Positions 27,088 to 37,812 of a stretch of DNA of 64,000 nt are shown in pieces. A model generated the notes under the pieces. It ran no database searches and was not told where the DNA came from. It saw nothing but the letters and a program-made list of their open reading frames with translations. The position numbers were made by a program, and so were the translations under genes. This stretch comes from Macrostomum hystrix (lineage: Eukaryota > Animalia > Platyhelminthes), in contig CATNEN010000038.1 of the NCBI GenBank assembly GCA_950097015.1, positions 32,922,001 through 32,986,000 of the forward strand. Direction: 5' to 3'. The first letter of the stretch is position 1. Each line of letters begins with the position of its first letter.

Positions 27088-30000
27088 TCAAAGCAGCAGT
27101 CTCAGTTGCAGGCCTTTAGTAACAGTTACCAGGCTCCCTCGCAGTATAGATCTGGCCCAATAGATGTTCAGAATGTCTAGAAGCAGACTGGAAGCAACCC
27201 AAATCACAAGGATAATATCAGCTTCGGCAGCCAACCGGGTGAATGCCATTGTGCTTGTAGACTGGGCAAAATAGTACCAATAGACTGGAATCGCTAACAA
27301 TCTACCCGTCAGGTATGTGCTTGACAAGCAGATGGAATTGCTCAGACTCAGCAGCGAGCCTCTGCTCACCTTACACAGCCTGTAGTACCAGTTCATGTTC
27401 AGGAATGGCGTTGACATCTCAGACAGAAGGCGAAACAGCGCAAAGAAATGTAGAATACCGCGAGTCTTTAATGAATGGGAATCGGGAAATGAGGATTTTG
27501 TAAGTTGGGAAGTGAGGATTTTGTGAGTTGGGAAACGAGGATTTTGTAAGTTGGGAAATGAGGATTTTATAAGTTGGGAAGTGAGGATTTTGTGAGTTGG
27601 GAAACGAGGATTTTGTAAGTTGGGAAACGAGGATTTTGTAAGTTGGGAAATGAGGATTTTGTAAGCTGGGAAATGAGGATTTTGTAAGTTGGGAAATGAG
27701 GATTTTGTAAGTTGGGAAATGAGGATTTTGTAAGTTGGGAAATGAGGATTTTGTAAGTTGGGAAATGAGGATTTTGTAAGCTGGGAAATGAGGATTTTGT
27801 AAGTTGGGAAATGAGGATTTTGTAAGTTGGGAAATGAGGATTTTGTAAGTTGGGAAATGAGGATTTTGTAAGTTGGGAAATGAGGATTTTGTGAAACGGG
27901 AAATGAGGATTTTGTGCGTTCGGAAAATATTGTTTTGTGAATGTAAAAATGAGGAATTTTATGAGTAGAGAAATGAGGATTTTAGCGATTGGAAAATGAT
28001 AATTTTTAGGATAAGGAAATAATGATTTTAGGGATTACTAAATGGGGATTTGAGGATTGTGAGAATCAGAAAATGAGGATCGAGATCGAGAATCTTACAT
28101 TAAAATCAAGAATTGATAGAATTGTGAAGTGATGATTTTGCTGATTGTTAATTAAAGAATGTGAAACTCGTTAAAAGTGCAACAATTAGTTTAATTACGG
28201 CGCAGATTGAGAAGCACAGAGCGGCAACGCCGTGGTGCAGCCAAAACACGAGCAGATTGACGTCCCGCCAGTAAATCGGCATCGAAATGGCGTCTGACAA
28301 TAGTTTGGATTGAAAAGTGCATAGCTCAACAAATTGTACTTTTACAATTGATTTAATCAGTTTTTACCTGCCAGCATGTACGCGGCACTGATTGACAATG
28401 TAATTCCGCCTATTTTTGTTGGCGCACTAAAACAAAAGTAAAATGAAAAGCAAAATAGTAAAACAAAAAAATCGCGCAGGTTTGAAAATAATGAACAATA
28501 GTTTGAGTTTACGAACGTACTCAATCATTCCAGTCCAAAGTGCTTGCTCAAATGCCAAAGCGTACATGCTGAGTACAGTGACCAATGCGGCATGAATGCT
28601 TGAAACTATTCTGAAAATGTAAACTCACAAATTTACTAATATATTTTTACTGCTTTAATTTACTTGCAAGGTACAATTTGAGTACGAATTCAGTTTGGCA
28701 AAGGAGACATAAGAAAGTAAATAGCAATCCATATACTTTGATATTAGAAATTGCCAAATTTCTACTGCCTTTAACTTTGACTTGTGTTAATATAGTAAGC
28801 TCTCCGGCATGTGAGCATTTGTGCCACACCCAGTTCAATTAAGAAAGACTTGAAAAAATTGCATCTATTTGAATGGACACATTCTGCTAAACCTCTTAAA
28901 TTGTGGGGTGGGACAGTTAAGCTACTATCTGAGAATAGTTTAATCGCAGCTTCTTTTTATCCCTTTTATCCATGCCTGTCTCTACCAGTCTTTGCCAAAC
29001 TCTCCATTTGCCAGTCTCTCTCTTTGCCAGTCTCTCCCTGCCTTTGCCAGTCTCTCACTGCCTTTGCCAGTATCTCACTGCCTTTGCCAGTCTCTCCCTG
29101 CCTTTGCCAGTCTCTCACTGCCTTTGCCAGTATCTCACTGCCTTTGCCAGTCTCTCCCTGTCTTTGCCAGTCTCTCCCTGCCTTTGCCAGTCTCTCCCTG
29201 TCTTTGCCAGTCTCTCCCTGTCTTTGCCAGTCTCTGCCTGTCATTGCCAGTCTCTCACTGCCTTTGCCAGTCTCTCACTGCCTTTGCCAGTCTCTGCCTG
29301 TCATTGCCAGTCTCTCCCTGTCTTCGCCAGTCTCTCTCTTTGCCAGTCTCTCCCTGTCTTCGCCAGTCTCTCTCTTTGCCAGTCTCTCCCTGTCTTCGCC
29401 AGTCTCTCTCTTCGCCAGTCTCTCTCTTTGCCAGTCTCTCTCTTTGCCAGTCTCTCCCCGTCTTTGCCAGTCTCTCCCTGTCTTTGCCAGTCTCTCCCTG
29501 TCTTTGCCAGTCTCATCCTGTCTTCGCCAGTCTCTCTCTTTGCCAGTCTCTCTCTTCGCCAGTCTCTCTCTTCGCCAGTCTCTCTCTTTGCTAGTCTCTC
29601 TCTTTGCCAGTCTCTCCCCGTCTTTGCCAGTCTCTCCCTGTCTTTGCCAGTCTCTCCCTGTCTTCGCCAGTCTCTCTCTTTGCCAGTCTCTCTCTTTGCC
29701 AGTCTCTCTCTTCGCCAGTCTCTCTCTTTGCCAGTCTCTCCCCGTCTTTGCCAGTCTCTCCCTGTCTTTGCCAGTCTCTCCCTGTCTTCGCCAGTCTCTC
29801 CCTGTCTTTGCCAGTCTCATCCTGTCTTCGCCAGTCTCTCTCTTTGCCAGTCTCTCTCTTTGCCAGTCTCTCTCTTCGCCAGTCTCTCTCTTTGCCAGTC
29901 TCTCTCTTTGCCAGTCTCTCCCCGTCTTTGCCAGTCTCTCCCTGTCTTTGCCAGTCTCTCCCTGTCTTTGCCAGTCTCTCCCTGTCTTCGCCAGTCTCTC

Positions 30001-30663
30001 TCTTTGCCAGTCTCTCTCTTTGCCAGTCTCTCTCTTCGCCAGTCTCTCTCTTTGCCAGTATCTCACTGCCTTTGCCAGTATCTCACTGCCTTTGCCAGTC
30101 TCTGCCTGTCATTGCCAGTCTCTCCCTGTCTTCGCCAGTCTCTCTCTTTGCCAGTCTCTCCCTGTCTTCGCCAGTCTCTCTCTTTGCCAGTCTCTCCCTG
30201 TCTTCGCCAGTCTCTCTCTTTGCCAGTCTCTCTCTTTGCCAGTCTCTCCCTGTCTTCGCCAGTCTCTCTCTTTGCCAGTCTCTCTCTTTGCCAGTCTCTC
30301 TCTTTGCCAGTCTCTCCCTGTCTTCGCCAGTCTCTCTCTTTGCCAGTCTCTCCCCGTCTTTGCCAGTCTCTCACTGTCTTTGCCAGTCAGTCTCTCAACA
30401 AGCAGACCTCATTTTTGCTAAATAAGTCAGGAGGCTCCAATCGAAACTTACCTCGAGTCCCATTCCATCTGCAGTTGCCACGACAATTGGGAATAAGCTT
30501 TAAACCGCTTACTGCACAGCCTCTTGCTGACATAATGGTGCACCAGCATGCACAGGACAAAGAAGGTCACACCAACGCAGACATTCAGTCTCACTTCCAA
30601 GCGTTCTGATACTGGTGGTTCGATGTTGTCGAATTGAAAATCTCGATCAGAAACTATGTCCAT
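27088..30663 (-). CDS. TLC-domain membrane protein (TLCD4/TMEM56-like), 5 exons: 30663-30452, 28610-28521, 28426-28368, 28293-28199, 27465-27088; ~277 aa
   Basis: Spliced product contains EWDSRIVSSIHA, YMLAD, FWLHH and FRLLSEMSTPFLN, typical TLC/TMEM56 motifs. All introns GT-AG with consistent phases. Confidence 0.88.
27478..28080. repeat. 23-bp intronic minisatellite GGGAAATGAGGATTTTGTAAGTT
   Basis: About 18 near-perfect copies to ~27,900, then decay; abuts the acceptor of the last TLC exon. Confidence 0.95.
28985..30395. repeat. Intronic minisatellite with core TT(T/C)GCCAGTCTCTC in 15-20-bp variants
   Basis: Tandem array in TLC intron 1; source of the spurious repetitive ORFs at 28811-30609. 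Confidence 0.97.
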
Positions 30664-31293
30664 TCTTGACTGTTAAATTTATTAATCTAATTATGTCTAT
30701 ATGGCTAGGCTTAAAACTGAAATTTGTTGCCGACCTGTGGACCTTGCACCCCGTATCCAGGCACATTGAACCATTTTACAAAAATGCAGCAACAATTCAC
30801 TTTTGTCTCTGGCTTACAACAGCTAAAATTGATTAGATAAAAAAATGCTGAAGTCGACTAGTCTTAAATAAGATAGCGCCGGTTAACTCACCAGAGTCAG
30901 TTTTAAGTATAGAATAATACACCCTGATTTCGTTTCTTTGGCCAAGGAACAGCTGAGGAAGCGGTTCCTTGGCCATAGACAACGATTTCGGGGAGGTAAT
31001 TTTGAATACCTTTTAACATTATTTTTCATACAAATTCATTCATACAGATATTAAAAAATATAAATTCAACTAAAATTTGGTTATGTCTATGTGCTCGTTA
31101 TTGAGGCTTCTTTTAACCTTCAAAATCTCCCCTTGGTATGCAGGTTTCCTCCCATTTCATGCTACTAAATTTATCCCAACAACAGCTAAGTAGTTTAATG
31201 TAGCAAGCTAACGAGCCAACGGCGAGAGGTGGGTAACCTACGACCCATGTGCCAAATACAGCATCGTGAACCAGCTGACTCCGAATACACGAT

Positions 31294-32715
31294 GTCTCAC
31301 CTCTTCCCGTTCTCACCTCTTCCCGTTCTCATCTCTTCCCGTTCTCACCTCTTCCCGTTCTCATCTCTTCCCGTTCTCACCTCTTCCCGTTCTCACCTCT
31401 TCCCGTTCTCACCTCTTCCCGTTCTCATCTCTTCCCGTTCTCACCTCTTCCCGTTCTCATCTCTTCCCGTTCTCACCTCTTCCCGTTCTCATCTCTTCCC
31501 GTTCTCACCTCTTTCCGTTCTCATCTCTTCCCGTTCTCACCTCTTTCCGTTCTCATCTCTTCCCGTTCTCACCTCTTCCCGTTCTCATCTCTTCCCGTTC
31601 TCACCTCTTTCCGTTCTCATCTCTTCCCGTTCTCACCTCTTCCCGTTCTCATCTCTTCCCGTTCTCACCTCTTCCCGTTCTCATCTCTTCCCGTTCTCAC
31701 CTCTTCCCGTTCTCACCTCTTCCCGTTCTCACCTCTTCCCGTTCTCACCTCTTCCCGTTCTCACCTCTTCCCGTTCTCATCTCTTCCCGTTCTCACCTCT
31801 TCCCGTTCTCACCTCTTCCCGTTCTCACCTCTTCCCGTTCTCATCTCTTCCCGTTCTCACCTCTTCCCGTTCTCACCTCTTCCCGTTCTCACCTCTTCCC
31901 GTTCTCATCTCTTCCCGTTCTCACCTCTTCCCATTCTCACCTCTTCCCGTTCTCACCTCTTCCCGTTCTCATCTCTTCCCGTTCTCACCTCTTCCCGTTC
32001 TCACCTCTTCCCGTTCTCACCTCTTCCCGTTCTCATCTCTTCCCGTTCTCACCTCTTCCCGTTCTCACCTCTTCCCGTTCTCATCTCTTCCCGTTCTCAC
32101 CTCTTCCCGTTCTCACCTCTTCCCGTTCTCACCTCTTCCCGTTCTCATCTCTTCCCGTTCTCACCTCTTCCCGTTCTCACCTCTTCCCGTTCTCACCTCT
32201 TCCCGTTCTCATCTCTTCCCGTTCTCACCTCTTCCCGTTCTCATCTCTTCCCGTTCTCACCTCTTCCCGTTCTCATCTCTTCCCATTCTCATCTGTTCCC
32301 GTTCTCACCTCTTCCCATTCTCACCTCTTCCCGTTCTCACATCTTCCCGTTCTTATCTCTTCCCGTTCTCATCTCTTCCCGTTCTCATCTCTTCCCGTTC
32401 TCACCTCTTCCCGTTCTCATCTCTTCCCGTTCTCATCTCTTCCCATTCTCATCTGTTCCCGTTCTCACCTCTTCCCATTCTCACCTCTTCCCGTTCTCAC
32501 ATCTTCCCGTTCTCATCTCTTCCCGTTCTCATCTCTTCCCATTCTCACCTCTTCCCGTTCTCATCTCTTCCCGTTCTCATCTCTTCCCATTCTCATCTCT
32601 TCCCGTTCTCACCTCTTCCCGTTCTCACCTCTTCCCATTCTCACCTCTTCCCATTCTCACCTCTTCCCGTTCTCCCCTCTTCCCGTTCTCACCTCTTCCT
32701 GTTCTCACCTTCCTT
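31294..32715. repeat. 16-bp minisatellite CTCA(C/T)CTCTTCCCGTT
   Basis: About 88 tandem copies, pyrimidine-rich on + strand. Confidence 0.97.
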
Positions 32716-33507
32716 TTCTCATCTGATCTCTCCCGTGTTTCATCTCTCCCGTGTCTCATCTCTCCCGTGTCTCATCTCTTCCTTGTCTCATCTTTCCCGT
32801 GTCTCATCTCTTCCGTGTTTCATCTCTCCCGTGTCTCATCTCTCCCGTGTCTCATCTCTCCCGTGTCTCATCTCTCCCGTGTCTCATCTCTCCCGTGTCT
32901 CATCTTTCCCGTGTCTCATCTCTCCCGTGTCTCATCTCTCCCATGTCTCATCTCTCCCGTGTCTCATCTCTCCCGTGTCTCATCTCTCCCATGTCTCATC
33001 TCTCCCGTGTCTCATCTCTCCCGTGTCTCATCTCTCCCATGTCTCATCTCTCCCGTGTCTCATCTCTCCCGTGTTTCATCTCTTCCGTGTCTCATCTCTC
33101 CCGTGTCTCATCTCTCCCATGTCTCATCTCTCCCGTGTCTCATCTCTCCCGTGTCTCATCTCTCCCGTGTCTCATCTCTCCCGTGTCTCATCTCTCCCGT
33201 GTCTCATCTTTCCCGTGTCTCATCTCTCCCGTGTCTCATCTCTCCCATGTCTCATCTCTCCCGTGTCTCATCTCTCCCGTGTCTCATCTCTCCCATGTCT
33301 CATCTCTCCCGTGTCTCATCTCTCCCGTGTCTCATCTCTCCCATGTCTCATCTCTCCCGTGTCTCATCTCTCCCGTGTTTCATCTCTTCCGTGTCTCATC
33401 TCTCCCGTGTCTCATCTCTCCCATGTCTCATCTCTCCCGTGTCTCATCTCTCCCGTGTCTCATGTCTCCCGTGTCTCATCTCTGCCGCGTCTCATCTCTC
33501 CCGTGTC
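32716..33507. repeat. 16-bp minisatellite CTCATCTCTCCCGTGT
   Basis: About 49 copies directly abutting the previous array; same period, different unit. Confidence 0.97.
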
Positions 33508-33560
33508 AATTCGCCCTCAATAGTCTTTTGTATTTTGTCTGCTAGACACTTGTACAACTA

Positions 33561-34521
33561 CCGGGTGGCCCATGCGTTTAAGGACAACTTAAAAATGATA
33601 TATGATTTTTAAAAATGATTAAAAATAAAAACCAAAAACGAAAACTTTAACATTTTAACTGACCGCCATAATGTCTAGATGGCAACTAAAAATAACATTT
33701 ACTCAATGTAGCCCCCCTCCGCTGCATACACGGCTTCAATGCGAGACCGAAACTTGGTACAGGCACCTCTGATGACGGCAGGGCCCTGAGCTGACCAGGC
33801 AGCACTAACAGCAACTTGGAGAGTCTCCACGGTAGCATAAGTTGTTAAACATGCAACGCGGGCCACGTTGTTCCACAAAAAGTAATCGAGAGGGGAACAG
33901 TCTGGACTCGATGGTGGCCAAGTGGTCGCATCCCAGAAGTCCTCGCCGAGCTCCCGGCGAAGAAATTCTTGAGTAGCGACAGCCGTGTGGGCAGGAGCGC
34001 CGTCCTGCTGAAAAACAAATGTACCTGGGGCAAAGTTGTGTCGAATCCATGGCAGTACATGATCCTGCAGCATGCGGATGTACTCGGCTGAGTTGATTTT
34101 CACTCCAGATCGGGGGAGCCACCCTGCCGTCCGAAGCCACGACACCGAGAAACATGGCACCTTTGGCATGTTGCTGGCGAGGCATATAGCGGTGTTCCTC
34201 CGCAGCAGAGCTGGAGTCTCCTTTCAACTGCCGCAGCAGCTCCAACTTCTTCACTGTCGCTCTTGACGGCGTAAACAAACGACCTTGCAACATTGAGGTT
34301 CTCTGCTATCTGTGCTGGGCTTATACCCCGCGCGAGCTGGTCTACCACCATCAAACGTTTAGCGCGATTCATGGCTAATGCTAAGTTGCCGAAAATTTTC
34401 GCGGCAGCTACAGACTATATAGATACTATTTTGTCTATGACCAAAACTATTATGCTCTAGCTACCGCTGGCTTTGTTTTCTTCTATTTTTAAGGTTGTCC
34501 TTAAACGCATGGGCCACCCGG
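33561..34521 (-). mobile_element. Tc1/mariner (maT-like DDxD) DNA transposon, non-autonomous deletion derivative, 961 bp
   Basis: 28-bp perfect TIRs CCGGGTGGCCCATGCGTTTAAGGACAAC (33561-33588 and 34494-34521), flanked by TA at both ends (33559-60, 34522-23); internal transposase remnants. Confidence 0.95.
33699..34372 (-). pseudogene. Broken transposase spread over three reading frames
   Basis: N-terminal HTH (MNRAKRLMVVDQLARGISPAQIAENLNVARSFVY), middle segment (GAMFLGVVASDGRVAPPIW) and C-terminus (FQQDGAPAH...WPPSSPDCSPLDY...AAEGGYIE*) are in different frames; the region with the first catalytic D is absent. Confidence 0.9.
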
Positions 34522-35099
34522 TATGCATATACTCCGGAGGATAAGAAAAAAGAAAAAGGGGCAGAAAATTCCCCAAGGAGGAGCTGAAGCAGCAAAAAAG
34601 GGAAGATGTCAATAGTTTTCTATTTGAGCGTGTGTAGAGAGCTTAAGGCGGACATGCGAAGTGGAGGAAATGAAGGCACGGGCACACACACTCACACACA
34701 GTCAGTAAAAAGGCATCACCAGCCTTGGTAGTTCATAGGATGGCGGTGGTCCGTATAGACAGAGAAACACACTCACCCAACTGAACCTCTTGCCTCATGC
34801 CACCTGTGCTCTGGCAGCTCACTTCTAGAGCAGCCGTTTGAGCAGTGCTTGGCCCTGGCATGGTCCAATAGTAAGCAGTCGTGAGCTCAACAGTTTGCAA
34901 GGGAATGAGTTGGGAGAGGAAATAACAGCGAGAGAGGATCGTTAAGTGGCTCCGAAAAAACGCCAAGACTTGCCGGAGTCACTTCAAACCAAATTTACCT
35001 GGCTAGATACCCACCCGCACTATTTTAATTAAAGCAACTGATTAACCTGAGAATTTCTTGAAATTATGGTGAGTTGACGTCGATTCCAGAATATTAGCC

Positions 35100-35360
35100 A
35101 CGCCATTCCTGCTATGATTCTAGCTGCGATTCCTGCTACGATTCTAGCTGCGATTCCTGCTATGATTCTAGCTGCGATTCCTGCTATGATTCTAGCTGCG
35201 ATTCCTGCTATGATTCTAGCTGCGATTCCTTCTATGATTCTAGCTGCGATTCCTGCTATGATTCTAGCTGCGATTCCTTCGATTCCTTTAGAGATTCTAG
35301 CTGCGATTCCTATAGAGATTCTAGCTGCGATTCCTATAGAGATTCTAGCTGCGATTCCAA
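35100..35360. repeat. 24-bp minisatellite GATTCTAGCTGCGATTCCTGCTAT
   Basis: About 10 copies; explains ORF 35114-35488. Confidence 0.95.
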
Positions 35361-37399
35361 CAAACTTTCTAGATGTGTTTCTCGTTAATATCCTAGCATT
35401 ATTGCTGCGAATCCTTCCATCCTTTTCGACTTCATTCGCTTATTTCTCAGCTACAATTCTAGTTCATGTATCTCTTAAGGCTAGGTAATCGATTTCAAAT
35501 CCTTCAAAAAACATTTCAACGCAGCGAAAAGAAAATTCAGTTTGAATAATCGAAAAAGTCATGCACTTTTATTAGATCAATCAGAAATTCTCTCTGACTT
35601 GATCATAAAAGAATGTTACGGATAATTACGCTAATTTAGAATTCTATAAATTAATGTTTTTATTTGGCGAATTTGAGATCGCTTGTCAGCTTTTACTGTT
35701 CTAGTTTATGCTAAAGCTCTCCCAGTCCATGGACTGAACAGCAGTACGCAGTGGTGTGTCTAGTCCACGAAAGGATAAAAATGTCTAGTTTTCATCTGGC
35801 GAGAGACAGCAAGACTAGATGATATCCCATATGGCTCATCTCTCGTATCGCTCTTAATTTTTAATATGCACAGCTTCCGAGATGTTTGACCATCAGCACG
35901 ACGCTAATTAAATAGGAAGTCTAACCGAATTTAATTAAATCAAACCAGAATGGGATAAATAGAAGAAATCCTGTAGATGCATGAGTTCTGTCAGATTTCA
36001 TAAAAATATAGAATGTTTGCTTCAAACATCTTTAGATGGGTAATTTCGAAGGAGTTTGTTGAAGAAATTGAGCGTGAGAAGATACATAGACTGCTAGTGC
36101 TAGATAAATATAAAAAGAGAATCTGAAATGACGATATGGAATCTGAGAACACTTGCGTTTGTAAGTGTCTCATATTCATAGGCTTTGTTTGAACTTGGAA
36201 CTATTTTTTTTCTTTGCAGCATAGCGTGATGATTCATATGCGCAAGGAGCACGCAAAAGAGGCGTGATTCAAGGTCACTTAAATCCTAATAAAAAAATAG
36301 ACCGTTATTGTTTGATTCGTATTTTTATTCAAGAGCATGCACTAGGCGCGTGATTCAAGGTCATTTGTCAAGGGCCAAAATTGATTCGCTGGAGAATGAG
36401 TCATCCTTTCAGCCTTTTAGGTAAAGTAGTGTACATGTAAGCTAAGGAGAGAGATTTTCGATTTTCAACCTACTCGCTAAAAGGAATGTACACATCGCTT
36501 GGTCGTGGCAATAAAACACCGCTTGAGTGTCATCCTGCTTATTTTCCAACAGCCTTTATCACAGCACTTCAGAAGCCCAATTTAATTCTTCAAGTATTTA
36601 AGGCATTCATCGGGCTTAGGCGCCTGAGAGTGAATTAAGAAAATGTTAAACCCGCAGATAAGGGATATTTATTTCATCAACAGCTGTTCTGCTGCTTCTA
36701 CCCTGCTGCAGCTGGCATTGTGTAGTGCAGAACAATGATATTTCCCTATTTCTATCAGCAACCCGCTTTTCCCCAGCTGCCTAAGCAGTCCATATTTAAA
36801 GCTAGATCCCAATCTCAATTGTATTATCTCCTCTGGGCTCATTCGAACTCACGAAATGCTTCTTTTGTTTCCCATTCTAGTTTAGAATGCAGGGCCTGCT
36901 GCGACAGGAGAATTGGAGACAGAACCAGAAATCAAAAATGAATAGTAGGGCCTTCAGTGTGTTTGTGTTAATTAACCGGCCTATTTAGATATACGCGCAG
37001 TGGGAGGGCACACCCACGCAATGCAGTTAGTTTGTTTAAAATGACAAATCAGCTGACTGAATTCTGTGCCTCCGTGACTTGGCGTGCATTGAGGCGCTTT
37101 CAGTGAGTTTAAATAGAGCTTATTATGGCGGAATGTCAACTAGCCGATATGTATCGAAAAACTCCAGGCATATAGATTTCAAATTACGTTAGTTTTTAAA
37201 GCTAAAGAAATTAGCAATTTTCTACAATCGCAACTGTGAAAATTCGTTCTATTCTTCTGATAGTAGGCTGCAAAGAATATTAGCTTGATAAAATCCATAG
37301 TAAAATCGGTGCTTTGAGATCTAGAATTCGGGAGATAAATATTTTTTATCTATAGATTAATCCTAAATAATTGCTAAGTACGGAATGTCGGTGGCAAAA

Positions 37400-37700
37400 C
37401 GGTTAACGCGATTACGCGGTGAGGCCACATTCATTTGGGGCCGCGGAGAGAAGGCTTAAGGGTCTTGTCCTATAATTGACGCCCTTGGGAGCCAACCTCC
37501 AAGGCATCTTCACTGCCTGACGATGAGAGTCAGGGGCAGATGTACACACCTGTGTGAGCGAGTGCCTGCATGCAGTATCCGAGTGCGTGTGTGCTCAGGA
37601 GTCAGCGCAAATGGACAGAATTGCCTACCCAATGGGCTGCGGTCTAGTGTCACCAAATGATGAGCCATTGCCTACAGCCCTCCCGTAATTGTTTAATATT
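37400..37700 (+). mobile_element. SINE family B copy (head damaged)
   Basis: Shares GAGGCCACATT, GCCGCGGAGAGAAGGCTT, GCAGATGTACACACCTGTGTGAGCG, GTCTAGTGTCACCAAAT and CAGCCCTCC with the copy at 54050-54413. Confidence 0.8.
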
Positions 37701-37812
37701 TATTATAAAGCTAAGTACAAAAACTCTTGATTTGACGTATTACCATGCAATTGACCAGTCAAAACGGCCCTTTTAAGGTCCAGACACCTCTTTAATCACC
37801 AATAAGGCTCAG

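Noticed and set aside
28811-33612. Long ORFs of 200-764 aa on both strands
   Set aside because: Translations of stop-free minisatellites, open in several frames at once; part lies inside a TLC-gene intron.
35114-35488. Hydrophobic (MILAAIPA)n ORF
   Set aside because: In-frame 24-bp tandem repeat with no splice or homology support.
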